Below, in pieces: positions 1 through 9,696 of a stretch of 64,000 nucleotides of DNA (within the stretch, counting starts at the first letter, position 1; the number at the start of each line of letters is the position of its first letter). Below the pieces are notes generated by a model. The model was not told the origin of the DNA. It saw only the letters and a program-made list of their open reading frames with translations, and did no database searches. The stretch is from Candidatus Dojkabacteria bacterium (GTDB lineage: Bacteria; Patescibacteriota; Dojkabacteria; SC72; JAHDCA01): the NCBI GenBank assembly GCA_030583845.1, contig CP129478.1, forward strand, positions 279,175-343,174, in the 5' to 3' direction. Both the position numbers and the translations under genes were made by a program.

Positions 1-16
1 CTTGCCTTCGGCAAGA

Positions 17-250
17 GGGTTCTCAGATACTCTCCTCCGTCCGACCACTAACCTTTGGTTAGTGGTCGGACGGAGGGACAGGGATATCTACGTGTGCCAC
101 TTCGTGGCAACTTCGCTGTCCGTCATGCTTGCCGCTCACGTTGCTCGCGGAGCATGTCCGCTCGAACCCCTGCTTTGCAGTGGGTTCTCAGATACTCTCC
201 TCCGTCCGACCACTAACCTTTGGTTAGTGGTCGGACGGAGGGACAGGGAT
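17..250. repeat. 69-bp perfect direct repeat (17-85 and 182-250). The second copy contains the last 15 nt of tRNA-Ser plus the downstream hairpin CTCCTCCGTCCGACCACTAACC/GGTTAGTGGTCGGACGGAGG.
   Basis: Seen directly: identical 69-mer GGGTTCTCAGATACTCTCCTCCGTCCGACCACTAACCTTTGGTTAGTGGTCGGACGGAGGGACAGGGAT at both positions. Copy B ends in the tRNA 3' acceptor/T-stem. Confidence 0.8.
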
Positions 251-322
251 TCGAACCCTGGGTACGGTTGCCCGCACAACGGTTTTCAAGACCGTCCCTT
301 TCGACCGCTCAGGCATCCCTCC
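236..322 (-). tRNA. tRNA-Ser (anticodon TGA), long variable arm, no encoded CCA
   Basis: Reverse complement reads GGAGGGATGCCTGAGCGGTCGAAAGGGACGGTCTTGAAAACCGTTGTGCGGGCAACCGTACCCAGGGTTCGAATCCCTGTCCCTCCG. It has an acceptor stem, a GGTTCGAATCC T-arm, anticodon loop CTTGAAA and an extra arm. The six-frame ORF 2..334 across it is spurious. Confidence 0.8.
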
Positions 323-371
323 AATCTGACGTGAGAATTATATCATAGCTACACCGATTTAGCTCTCGCGG

Positions 372-1355
372 CTACCGTTCCTCGTAGATAGTACGCACGA
401 TATCATCTAGCTCAGGCTCGCGAATATCGAGATCCTCTACATCAAACTCTTTCAAAATCCTCGCCGCCACCTGTGGCACATCTTTGCGTGGGACCTTTAC
501 TGCAATCAGGTTACGGCTCAAATTTTCAACCTCGCCATATTTCTCTAGACCACTCTTATTACTACTTTTACCAAGGGAAATTGTGACTGTTTTATACTCG
601 GCATATTTTCGAGCCAGCTCGCTGATCGAGCCGTCATACAGCTTCTCACCTGAGCTAAGCAGAATAACCCGCCTACACATCTCCTTTACATCGTCCATAT
701 AGTGACTGCTCATTATTATTGTCGCCCTGGTCTTTTTATTGTAATCGAGAAGGAAATCTCTCAGCTTCTTCTGGACTATCAGATCTAGCCCCAAAGTTGG
801 CTCATCAAGGAAAATAAGCTTTGGTGAATGAAGCAACGCCAGAGCCAATTCGCACCGCATCCTTTGACCCAGTGAGAGCTTACGCACTGGTGAGTCTAAA
901 TATTCTGAGATATTGAGCATATCAACCAATTGATCATAATTTTCTTTATACTGATCCGCACCTATTTGATAGATCTCTTTCTGCAGCTCAAACGAGTCGA
1001 CCACAGGAAGGTCCCACCATAGCTGACCACGGTTACCCATCACAAATGATATCTGCTTCAGATATGCTCGTTTGCGCTCCCAAGGGCTATAGCCGAGGAC
1101 TTTCGCACTTCCAGAGGTTGGCTTTAGGATACCAGATAGCATCTTCAAAAAGGTGCTTTTGCCAGCTCCATTTTCACCTATCAGTCCGACCACCTCGCCC
1201 TCATCGATATTCAATGATAGCGATTTAATTGCATGCACAGAGTGCCTCTCCCTGCTAAGCAGCGAACGAACTGAGCCTTTGACACCAGGCTTCTTTCTAT
1301 ACTTTTGAAACTCTTTGCTTAATTTGATTGCCTCGACGGCTAAAACTCTCCCCAT
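372..1355 (-). CDS. ABC transporter ATP-binding protein
   Basis: Walker A GENGAGKST, ABC signature LSLGQRMR, Walker B LIFLDEPTLGLD. Confidence 0.85.
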   Translation of the reverse strand: MGRVLAVEAIKLSKEFQKYRKKPGVKGSVRSLLSRERHSVHAIKSLSLNIDEGEVVGLIGENGAGKSTFLKMLSGILKPTSGSAKVLGYSPWERKRAYLKQISFVMGNRGQLWWDLPVVDSFELQKEIYQIGADQYKENYDQLVDMLNISEYLDSPVRKLSLGQRMRCELALALLHSPKLIFLDEPTLGLDLIVQKKLRDFLLDYNKKTRATIIMSSHYMDDVKEMCRRVILLSSGEKLYDGSISELARKYAEYKTVTISLGKSSNKSGLEKYGEVENLSRNLIAVKVPRKDVPQVAARILKEFDVEDLDIREPELDDIVRTIYEER

Positions 1356-1360
1356 TCTGC

Positions 1361-2248
1361 CTACTGATTCAAAACCTTAGCGGTTATTGAGAAACTTACC
1401 TTTGCCACTTCTCTTAGCTTATCCTCACCATACATGAGCACGAAGCGTCGCGCCGCCTCAATGACATTGCTTGAGCCCTTGGGGAATTCAAACTCATACT
1501 CCTTCTCCATCACCTCCCACTCGGATAGAAAGACCGCCCTCGCTATCATCGACGCCGCAGCTACGGCGATATCACTCTCACCTTTATGGAACTGCACAAT
1601 TTTGACATTCTCACTTCTAAGGAATTTTTTCCCTGCAGTCTCGAGTCGATCTTTTCTAGTTGAGAACTGGTCAATTACGACGGTATCGCACTCTATACCC
1701 TCGTCTGCGAGTTCTAGCATTAGCTGATTTACGTTTTGCATATGCACATCTGAAAGCATGATATTAATATTTCCTGTGCTATTAATGTTTTCTGCATACT
1801 CGAGAGGCTTCACAACTTTCGAGCTATACTTGCAAAGCTCGGCTAGCTTTGGGAAATCATTCAAAATCCGTTCATCTGAAAGCTTCTTTGAATCCGATAC
1901 CGTGATCTCTTTCAATGCCTGAATATTCTCTGCGGGAATATATGCCGCAGCTACAACCAATGGGCCAAAGTAGTCTCCCTTCCCTACCTCGTCTGCTCCT
2001 ATATGGGGAGTATATGGGCTATTTTCGGATATAGCACCATCATTTAAGCGATTAGCAAACTGCGTGACATCCTTACCTTGTAGCAGGATTTTGCCGGAGC
2101 TATAGATGATTGCAGTCACTCCCATGCCTCGATATCGGTGAGTTTCATACTCGCTCTTGGTTGTCTCTGGCTGCAGGCCCTGGTCTTGGATAATTTGGGC
2201 ATACTTATTGATTTCAGTTTTATTGATCTCTTTGGTGTAGCTTGTCAT
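1361..2248 (-). CDS. rnhC: Ribonuclease HIII-like
   Basis: Catalytic motif GADEVGKGDYFGPLVV typical of RNase HIII, with an N-terminal extra domain. Length 295 aa. Confidence 0.65.
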   Translation of the reverse strand: MTSYTKEINKTEINKYAQIIQDQGLQPETTKSEYETHRYRGMGVTAIIYSSGKILLQGKDVTQFANRLNDGAISENSPYTPHIGADEVGKGDYFGPLVVAAAYIPAENIQALKEITVSDSKKLSDERILNDFPKLAELCKYSSKVVKPLEYAENINSTGNINIMLSDVHMQNVNQLMLELADEGIECDTVVIDQFSTRKDRLETAGKKFLRSENVKIVQFHKGESDIAVAAASMIARAVFLSEWEVMEKEYEFEFPKGSSNVIEAARRFVLMYGEDKLREVAKVSFSITAKVLNQ

Positions 2249-2254
2249 TGCTTG

Positions 2255-3721
2255 CTAGATTTTCCTTAATTCTTGTGATCCATCAGGTTTGTCCAAGACC
2301 TCATATCCCATAGATTTTAGCTTATCGCGCACCTCATCCGACTTAGAGTAATCTTTATTAGCTCTGGCGGCTTCTCGCTCAGACATCAATGATTGCAGCT
2401 CTTCAGTAATCTCGACTTTAGAGAAGGCATTTTCTATAAGCCTTAGCCCGAGCACCTCATCCATATGCCTTACTGTGGCTAACAGGTCGGCACTTTCGGC
2501 ATCAATTTTCAGAAGGTCACTCAGTACTGCTAGCGCGACTGGTTTATTGAGGTCGTCATTCAACGCAGCTTTGAACCTATCTAAATACTCGTCCAATGGT
2601 CGGCCTGCGTCTAACTCCGCCACATTAATAGTCGAAGCGAGATGAGTTATCTTATTTTGAAGGCTGATCCTCGAATCTTTAGCACTATCCAATCCCTCCA
2701 AGCTAAAGTACAAAGGCTGGTTATACTTAACGGTAAGATAGTAGTAACGGAGATCTAGCGGGTCATATCCGAGCTCAACTAACTCAGGAATCGTGTAGAT
2801 ATTCCCTAAGCTCTTGCTCATCTTGGCACCCTTCTTCCCTACCAGGTGCTCGTTGTGTACCCACATATCAACTACATCATGGCCAAACGCGCCGAAATTT
2901 TGCGCCCTCTCATTGGTATGGTGTACTGGGATATGCTCGATACCACCAGTATGAATGTCGATAGCATCGCCAAGCTCAGCACAGCCCATGGCTGTACACT
3001 CGATATGCCAGCCAGGAAATCCCTCTCCCCAAGGCGATGGCCAATGCATTATATGGTTGGCATACTTCCCTGTGAGTTTCATCCATAGCACGAAATCAGC
3101 TGGGTGCTTCTTATTCGTGTCTACTGCAACCTCATCCCGCACCCCAATTTCTTTCTCGTCTAATTTCTGTCTGGAAAGCTCTGTATATTTATCGTATTTG
3201 GTCACATCAAAGTACACAGCCTGCTCGGTCTCGTAGGTCAATCCGGCCTCTTCAATCTTTTTCACACTGTCGACCATCGCCTCAATGTAGTCAGTCGCTC
3301 GAGTCCAGCTGTGATCTGCGACATTTGTATGATTGTCTTTGCTCAGGTCAATCTCGGTGCCATCTGGGTGTCGGATATTCAGCTTGCTAAGATCCTCGAG
3401 AAAAGTATCTATTACTTCATTTGCGATGTCGATCGGCTGCTTGCCCGATTTTGCGGCAGCCTTATCCATCTTATCCTCACCGAAATCCTCATCGGTGGTC
3501 ATATGACCCACATCGGTGATATTTGTGACTCGTTCAACGCAATATCCCAAGTATAGTAGCGACCTATGGAGCACGTCCCACTCTGCGAAAGCGCGGTAAT
3601 TTCCAATATGCTGCCTCGAATACACTGTTGGTCCACAGTTGTACATTTTCAAACAATCGCCGTGGCGCGGCTTAACTAATTCTTTCTGGCGCGTGAGGGT
3701 GTTGTACAGCTGCAGCTCCAT
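2255..3721 (-). CDS. cysS: Cysteinyl-tRNA synthetase
   Basis: MYNCGPTVY...HIGN and KMSKSLGN class I motifs. The ORF extends to 3751, but the alignment-like start MELQLYNTLTRQ at 3721 is preferred. Confidence 0.9.
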   Translation of the reverse strand: MELQLYNTLTRQKELVKPRHGDCLKMYNCGPTVYSRQHIGNYRAFAEWDVLHRSLLYLGYCVERVTNITDVGHMTTDEDFGEDKMDKAAAKSGKQPIDIANEVIDTFLEDLSKLNIRHPDGTEIDLSKDNHTNVADHSWTRATDYIEAMVDSVKKIEEAGLTYETEQAVYFDVTKYDKYTELSRQKLDEKEIGVRDEVAVDTNKKHPADFVLWMKLTGKYANHIMHWPSPWGEGFPGWHIECTAMGCAELGDAIDIHTGGIEHIPVHHTNERAQNFGAFGHDVVDMWVHNEHLVGKKGAKMSKSLGNIYTIPELVELGYDPLDLRYYYLTVKYNQPLYFSLEGLDSAKDSRISLQNKITHLASTINVAELDAGRPLDEYLDRFKAALNDDLNKPVALAVLSDLLKIDAESADLLATVRHMDEVLGLRLIENAFSKVEITEELQSLMSEREAARANKDYSKSDEVRDKLKSMGYEVLDKPDGSQELRKI

Positions 3722-3760
3722 GCTATTAGAAATAAATATTAGTTGAGTCAATTATATCAT

Positions 3761-3977
3761 GCCGCTAACCTATAAGCCGTCAAGAGAAAGGCGGATTTAG
3801 CTTGGCGGTACAGTCTTTGCAAATTTAATGAAAATCACGGTGAAATAGCTATTGAGGTGAGTATCGAGCTACTTTACGGATATTTAGCCATCTAACATAC
3901 ACAGGGCCGCGGGCTATACTTGCTCATTAATGATGCGTAGCGAGCCGTGAAATGCTTCGCATTATAGGTTAGCGGCC
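3761..3977. repeat. REP-like element: inverted arms GCCGCTAACCTATAA (3761-3776) and TTATAGGTTAGCGGC (3962-3977) flanking about 185 bp
   Basis: Seen directly. Arms share the CCGCTAAC(Y)TATAG core of an 8-copy family. It lies in the divergent cysS/ybaB intergenic region. Confidence 0.7.
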
Positions 3978-4046
3978 TAGTTAATTGCTAGTTAAGCCAT
4001 ACCAGTGATACAATCAGCAAGTTTCTAATTTAATGAAATTTACAAA

Positions 4047-4352
4047 ATGGCAAACTCATTTGGACAGATGAAGGATCTATACAAGATGCAGCGAGAGGCA
4101 AAGAAGATGCAGGCAAAGCTTCGCGAGAAGATAATTAGCGGAGAATCAAAGCAGGGAGATGTTAAAATTTTCATGAATGCAGCCCAAGAATTCGAAGATA
4201 TCAATATTGACGACGCGCTCCTCTCACCCGACATGTATGACCAGCTGAAGAGGTCGATGAAGGAAGCATTCAAAGATTACCAGAAGAAGCTGCAGAAGGA
4301 GATGATGAAAGAGTTCGACATGGACTCGCTCAAGGGTATGCTTGGAAACTAG
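4047..4352 (+). CDS. ybaB: Nucleoid-associated protein YbaB/EbfC
   Basis: About 100 aa coiled-coil protein (KMQREAKKMQAKLRE...) directly upstream of recR, the conserved dnaX-ybaB-recR neighbourhood. Confidence 0.8.
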   Translation: MANSFGQMKDLYKMQREAKKMQAKLREKIISGESKQGDVKIFMNAAQEFEDINIDDALLSPDMYDQLKRSMKEAFKDYQKKLQKEMMKEFDMDSLKGMLGN

Positions 4353-4392
4353 CCCTGCTCTAGAGCCACAACTAAATTAGCACACAATCATT

Positions 4393-5016
4393 GTGTCCTA
4401 TCTTCCGAAATCAGTACAAAAGGTGATTGAAGAGTTTGAGCGCCTACCAGGTGTAGGTGCCAAGTCTGCCGCACGGATGGCCTACCACTACATCCGATCA
4501 AGCAACCAAGACGCCGTACGGCTGGCAGATGCATTGAAAGAGATGGATGAGAAGGTGGTTAATTGCTCAAAGTGCTACAACGTGGCGGAGAAAGAGGTGT
4601 GCGACATCTGCTCAAATAGCCTAAGAGAGCAGAATAAGCTTTGCATTGTTGAGGAGCCGCTAGATGTGGTCGCCTTTGAAAGCTCAGCCATATTTAACGG
4701 CCTATATTTCGTAATTGGTGGTGTAATCTCCCCGGCTGACGGTATTGGACCAGACGAGCTACGCTTCAAAGAGCTACAGCAGCGCGTCAATCAGCTAGTC
4801 AGTGAAAACGAGAGTATCGAGATCATCGTGGCTACGAACCCAAGCCTTGAGGGCGAAGCAACGGCAAACCATATACAAGAGGTACTGCAGAAGCTTATCT
4901 CTGAGGAGAAGGTGAAGATTACCAGACTTGCGACTGGGCTTCCTACCGGTGCTGACTTGGAGTATGCGGATAGGTTAACACTCAAGAGAGCCCTCGAGGG
5001 CAGGAGAAACATGTAG
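4393..5016 (+). CDS. recR: Recombination protein RecR
   Basis: HhH motif RLPGVGAKSAARMA, C4 zinc finger CSKCYN...CDIC, Toprim region. Likely GTG start. Confidence 0.9.
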   Translation: MSYLPKSVQKVIEEFERLPGVGAKSAARMAYHYIRSSNQDAVRLADALKEMDEKVVNCSKCYNVAEKEVCDICSNSLREQNKLCIVEEPLDVVAFESSAIFNGLYFVIGGVISPADGIGPDELRFKELQQRVNQLVSENESIEIIVATNPSLEGEATANHIQEVLQKLISEEKVKITRLATGLPTGADLEYADRLTLKRALEGRRNM

Positions 5017-5045
5017 CTTTGCTCACAGCGTAGCGCCCCACACCT

Positions 5046-6848
5046 CTATAGGCCAGCAAATATTGCCTCTATCTTCTTATTCATCTTCCTTGGTTTCTGG
5101 TCACCATTACCACCTTCAGACTTTGCTCCATCTGCCTTCTTCGCATCCTTTGGCTCTGGCTTTGGGATGCTCTTCAGGATCACATCAGCTGCAACCGGTC
5201 GCTTTGTCTGTGCCGACTCGTTTACCACGCACCTATATGCCAATACTCCACCAAATACATCAGCGAATACCGAAGAGATGATCTCTCGGCTCTTTGGTGA
5301 CTCAATTCTATCTTTGTGAAACTCAAAAGGCACCTCGATATTTACCGTGCCCTTCTCCAATCCCTGCAGCTTGCTCGCTTTCAAGAATGCATATAGGTGG
5401 CCGTTGTGCTGCTGTAGTCGGTTGATAATCTCGCCCCACTTTGATTCGACATCTTTCATGGAGAGATCAGCATTGCCTCCCTTCGTTTCTGCCTGTGAAA
5501 CTGGATCGACTACTGCGGTTTCACTCTTTTTTGCTGCCTTTGACTCGGCATTATCCTTACCACTGTCCTTGCTTACGACCTTCTCGCCTTCCTTCGACTG
5601 ACTCACCTCTGCGACTTCGCTCTTACTTTCTGCAACTGCTTTCGCCTTCTTCTCACCCGACTTGGCCGCAGGCTTTTCTACAGGCTTCTCACTATCCTTG
5701 CTAGAGCTGGATTCTTTCTTAGGGCTAGCGGAGTTGCCACCACCCTGCCTATCGCTGCCAGAAACCGCACCACTTCCATCATCGAAACAGATCTCTGCAA
5801 CTACAACCTCGATGATCAGCTTTGGCAAATGAGCTGAGCGCAGTTTACGATCGGCATCAAGGAAGAGATTGATCATCTTTATCACATCTCGCTTGCTCAT
5901 CTGCTTGATGAAACCGTACTCGCTCTGCTCTTCACGGCTGCGCATCTTATCGACCAAGATCTGCCTCAGGGAATTAAGCACGTAGCGGACAAATTGCTGT
6001 AGATCAACACCTTTAACATCTAGCTCGTCGATCAGGTTTAGTGCCTTCTCCGGGTCGCGATTGACCAGATTTTCAAGCAGGTAGTAGACCATAGTAGAAT
6101 CTGGAACACCAAGAATGAGGCGTACCTCATTCTCACTCACCTCGTCGGGCTTATCGCTTGCCGCTTGTCCGCTTACAACCACGTCAAGCAGTGAGAGGGC
6201 ATCTCTATAGCTTCCCCTAGAATTCTCAATTAGCAGCCTAAGCGCACCCTCTGAGAGTGTGACACCCTCATCGCCAGCCACATTTAGGATAAGCTGCTCA
6301 ACATCTTTCTCTGTGCCCAAGCGGAAATCATATCGCTGACACCTCGAAAGAATTGTCGCTGGAAGCTTATGAACATCGGTAGTAGCCAGCATAAAGATCA
6401 CATGCTCTGGCGGCTCCTCAAGCGTTTTCAGAAGTGCGTTGAACGCCTCAGTAGTAAGCATATGAACCTCATCGATGATGTAGATCTTGTACTTTCCCTC
6501 GGTTGGGGAGAATTCGATCTTCTCTTTGAGATCGCGAATCTGGTCAATACCTCGATTAGATGCGGCATCTACTTCTATCAGATCAAGAAATGTGCCAGAG
6601 GTGATTGACTTGCAGGCATTACACTCATTGCATGGATTGCCCTCTTTGGTGAGCTTTTCACAATTAATTGCCTTGGCAAGTATGCGAGCGGTGCTTGTTT
6701 TTCCCGTGCCACGTGACCCAACAAAGAGATAGGCATGCGACAAACTATCTGTCAGCACAGCATTTTTCAATATTCGGGTAATATGTTCTTGACCCAGAAG
6801 GCTGTCGAAGGTTTGTGATCTATATTTTCGGTAAAGGACGTCTGCCAT
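5046..6848 (-). CDS. dnaX: DNA polymerase III subunit tau/gamma
   Basis: AAA+ Walker A GSRGTGKTSTARILA, zinc module CNECNAC, acidic Lys-rich C-terminal region. Confidence 0.9.
   Translation of the reverse strand: MADVLYRKYRSQTFDSLLGQEHITRILKNAVLTDSLSHAYLFVGSRGTGKTSTARILAKAINCEKLTKEGNPCNECNACKSITSGTFLDLIEVDAASNRGIDQIRDLKEKIEFSPTEGKYKIYIIDEVHMLTTEAFNALLKTLEEPPEHVIFMLATTDVHKLPATILSRCQRYDFRLGTEKDVEQLILNVAGDEGVTLSEGALRLLIENSRGSYRDALSLLDVVVSGQAASDKPDEVSENEVRLILGVPDSTMVYYLLENLVNRDPEKALNLIDELDVKGVDLQQFVRYVLNSLRQILVDKMRSREEQSEYGFIKQMSKRDVIKMINLFLDADRKLRSAHLPKLIIEVVVAEICFDDGSGAVSGSDRQGGGNSASPKKESSSSKDSEKPVEKPAAKSGEKKAKAVAESKSEVAEVSQSKEGEKVVSKDSGKDNAESKAAKKSETAVVDPVSQAETKGGNADLSMKDVESKWGEIINRLQQHNGHLYAFLKASKLQGLEKGTVNIEVPFEFHKDRIESPKSREIISSVFADVFGGVLAYRCVVNESAQTKRPVAADVILKSIPKPEPKDAKKADGAKSEGGNGDQKPRKMNKKIEAIFAGL
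5495..5537 (-). promoter_or_regulatory. Putative dnaX programmed -1 ribosomal frameshift cassette (A_AAA_AAG then UGA in the -1 frame, followed by a hairpin)
   Basis: Minus-strand RNA is GCA GCA AAA AAG AGU GAA ACC, in frame with dnaX (…AAKKSET…). The -1 frame reads GAG UGA. Hairpin GUGAAAC(N16)GUUUCAC follows at 5495-5524. The heptamer and post-slip stop are identical to the E. coli dnaX signal. Confidence 0.55.
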
Positions 6849-7174
6849 ATGGCCATCATAGTTTCAAATATTTCAGAGAGCAAACAAATGTAGTGAGGTG
6901 ATATAGTTGCCCTTCCCTAGGGGTATATTCGCATTTAACAAAGCTCTAATTAAAACAGCCCCCACTCTACAGCTGATTAATGCTTTCTCAGAGGGATTTT
7001 AAACAAGAGCATTGGAATAGTTGAAGGCAAATTCACAGAGATCGCGGCCACAGCACACTAGAGGCTAATAGTTACTTCCACCTGCCTGAACAAACTGTTC
7101 TGATAATACGCCAGCTGCCATCGTGCAAATAATTTGAACATGGATTTGTGAAACCCACTTCCATGTTCCACAGC

Positions 7175-9682
7175 TTAAGCTGGCTTAGCGCGCATCTCTT
7201 CGATCTTGTCCTCAAGCATTTTCATGAACAATCCATACCCAACAGTATCGATTGAGCCCGACTGTTCTCGTCCGAGCACATTTCCAGCGCCTCGTATTTC
7301 GAGATCTCGATTTGCGAGAAGCAACCCAGAGCCCAGCTCTTCAGATTCAGACAAAGCATCGAGGCGATTGCCTGCATCACCACGGAGATTCTTATATGTG
7401 AAATAAGCGTAAGCTTGCTTATCGGAGCGCCCTATTCGACCACGGATCTGATAGAGCTGTGAGAGTCCGAAGTTCTCGGCGTCGTTGACGATGAGACAAT
7501 TTACATTAGGGAGGTCGATACCGTTCTCAATAATCGTACTGCAAACCAGCACATCTATATCTCCTGCCGCAAACTCTCGCATCACCATTCCCAGCATATC
7601 GTCATCCATCTGCCCATGCGCCATCTCAATCTTTATCTTCGGTCCAAGCTTCTCAGCCATCTGAGCTTTGATAGAAGCCATATTTTTCACATTGTTGTGC
7701 AGAAAGTATACCTGACCACCTCTATCTACCTCGCCCTTTACAGCTTTCTCCACTAGACTCCATGAAAATTTGGCAAAGTGATTACGAATTGGCTTCCTAC
7801 CTGATGGTGGTGTTGAGATTACGCTAATATCACGAATACCGGAGAGAGCCATATTGAGCGTGCGCGGTATCGGAGTAGCGCTCATTGAGAGCACATGTAC
7901 ATCTACTCTATGCGCTTTTAGCTTCTCCTTATGCTTAACACCAAATTTCTGTTCCTCATCGATCACTACAAGCCCAAGTTTATTAAATTTCACCTGGTCG
8001 CTCAGGAGAGAATGAGTACCCACAACAATTTGCACCTCACCCTTTGCCACTCCATCTATAACCTCCTGCACCTCTCCTTTCCCAAGGAAGCGCGATATAG
8101 AGGCAATGCTAACGTCAAAATCTTTAAATCGTTCCCTTAGCACGGCAAGATGCTGCTCAACGAGTATCGTCGTAGGTGCCAGGAATGCTACTTGGTGTCC
8201 CGAGTCTACTGCAGCAAACATTGCCCTCATTGCCACCTCTGTCTTGCCGAAGCCGACATCCCCTACGATTAGCCTATCCATCGGTACACCACTATATAGG
8301 TCACTCATTATCTCTTCTGTAGCCGCACTTTGATCATCTGTATCCGTAAACTGAAATGCGTCGATAAACTTCTCGACATCCCTGCTACCACTGTCTACTA
8401 TTATTCCCTTATCCTTATTCATCTTCCTCAGTGCATAGATTCTGAGCAGGTGCCTTGCCAATTTCTCGGCATCCTCCTCAACCTTATGTTTCACCCTTCT
8501 CCAGGCTCCACTGTTAAGAGTCGTAAGCTTAGGTACTCGCCTACCTGTCCCTAGATATCGTGTGAGCCGGGAGATTTGATCTAGCGGCACATAGAGCCTA
8601 TCCTTCCCTGCATATTTAACCAGCACAAACAGCTCCTCGCCCCTATCAACGATTCCCACATACTCACCGATTCCATGATCCTCATGCACCACAAAATCTC
8701 CAGGCAGCAAGTTGCGCAAAAACTCATCACTCGTATTCACGCTGCTCTTAGATCGCCCAGCCAGCTTAGCAAATTTCTGCGTATCGATGCTCCCAAATAG
8801 CTCAAAAGGTGTCACATATAGCTCTTTGTTGAGAGAAGATATAAACCCTTTCGATGTGGTGAAAGGCAATGTGCGGCTATATACTACATTGCCGACTTTC
8901 TTCAGCTCTTCAGGCAGCCTGCCCTCTTCCGACTTTCCATTAACTATGAGATCCACCTTATACCCGTCAGCAATATATTTGTTTAATAATTTCCCAATTA
9001 CCTCTGCGTTGTTCTTGTAGATCTCCTTAATTGGCAGCTGCCTAAATCCTATATCGATCGAAGGTAGTCGTATCTCTCCCCTCTCAATATTCGAGAGGCT
9101 CTCAATCACGACAAATATAGGCGGCTGGATATTTGCCTTTTCTTTGTCCGATACCAAAGACTCCCCGATAATTACAGAAGCAAACGACAGCCCACTCTCA
9201 TTATTTATCAGTTCGAAGCTCTTCAACTCCTCGCTCTTCTTCCGGGTCACAGGATCGAGCAACGATATCGACTCGACCTCATTGCCGAAATAACTCACCC
9301 TCACTGGATGAGATCCATCTTTGGGCCAGCATATAACCACATCGCCAAATAGTGAGAATTCTCCAGGCTCCCAGACTCGACTGACTCGCATATAGTTGTA
9401 AGATACCAGTCTCTCGGCTAACTGTAGCTCTTTTCCAACAGCTATCTTAACCGAATCGACCTTTAGCTTATCGATATTCTCCATAAGCTCCTCGAGTGAC
9501 TCTTTGTCGGCAATTTGGACTAGTTCAACTCGCTGACCATAATGTGAGGCAAGTAGATTTGCACCTACCTGGTTGAGAAATTTAGGCAAGCCAGTGACCA
9601 GCACGAGCTGCTTATCATTGGCTCGGCCCTCTACAGGCTGGATATTATCAAGCTCGTTTTTGAAAATTGAATGGTCAAGCAT
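7175..9682 (-). CDS. mfd: Transcription-repair coupling factor Mfd (short form)
   Basis: Superfamily-2 helicase motifs GDVGFGKTEVA, DEEQKFGV and helicase-C, plus a CarD/TRCF-like RNAP-interacting region. 835 aa. Confidence 0.85.
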   Translation of the reverse strand: MLDHSIFKNELDNIQPVEGRANDKQLVLVTGLPKFLNQVGANLLASHYGQRVELVQIADKESLEELMENIDKLKVDSVKIAVGKELQLAERLVSYNYMRVSRVWEPGEFSLFGDVVICWPKDGSHPVRVSYFGNEVESISLLDPVTRKKSEELKSFELINNESGLSFASVIIGESLVSDKEKANIQPPIFVVIESLSNIERGEIRLPSIDIGFRQLPIKEIYKNNAEVIGKLLNKYIADGYKVDLIVNGKSEEGRLPEELKKVGNVVYSRTLPFTTSKGFISSLNKELYVTPFELFGSIDTQKFAKLAGRSKSSVNTSDEFLRNLLPGDFVVHEDHGIGEYVGIVDRGEELFVLVKYAGKDRLYVPLDQISRLTRYLGTGRRVPKLTTLNSGAWRRVKHKVEEDAEKLARHLLRIYALRKMNKDKGIIVDSGSRDVEKFIDAFQFTDTDDQSAATEEIMSDLYSGVPMDRLIVGDVGFGKTEVAMRAMFAAVDSGHQVAFLAPTTILVEQHLAVLRERFKDFDVSIASISRFLGKGEVQEVIDGVAKGEVQIVVGTHSLLSDQVKFNKLGLVVIDEEQKFGVKHKEKLKAHRVDVHVLSMSATPIPRTLNMALSGIRDISVISTPPSGRKPIRNHFAKFSWSLVEKAVKGEVDRGGQVYFLHNNVKNMASIKAQMAEKLGPKIKIEMAHGQMDDDMLGMVMREFAAGDIDVLVCSTIIENGIDLPNVNCLIVNDAENFGLSQLYQIRGRIGRSDKQAYAYFTYKNLRGDAGNRLDALSESEELGSGLLLANRDLEIRGAGNVLGREQSGSIDTVGYGLFMKMLEDKIEEMRAKPA

Positions 9683-9696
9683 ATGTGAAAAGGAAG

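Noticed and set aside
2-334. 110-aa plus-strand ORF at the window start
   Set aside because: It lies entirely over the tRNA-Ser gene and the duplicated hairpin repeat. Its repeated peptide is a translation artefact of the DNA repeat.
3752-4046. Possible T-box leader for cysS
   Set aside because: A UGUACCGCC segment weakly resembles the T-box 3' half, but the GGGUGG/UGGN bulge and a proximal terminator are absent. The region is dominated by the REP-like inverted-arm element.
6849-7174. Possible SRP (4.5S/ffs) RNA upstream of dnaX, where ffs often resides
   Set aside because: I examined the minus-strand sequence for the conserved domain IV motif (GGAA tetraloop with AGCAGC internal loop). Only a weak GGGAAGGGCAAC resemblance with no matching helix. 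Not supported.
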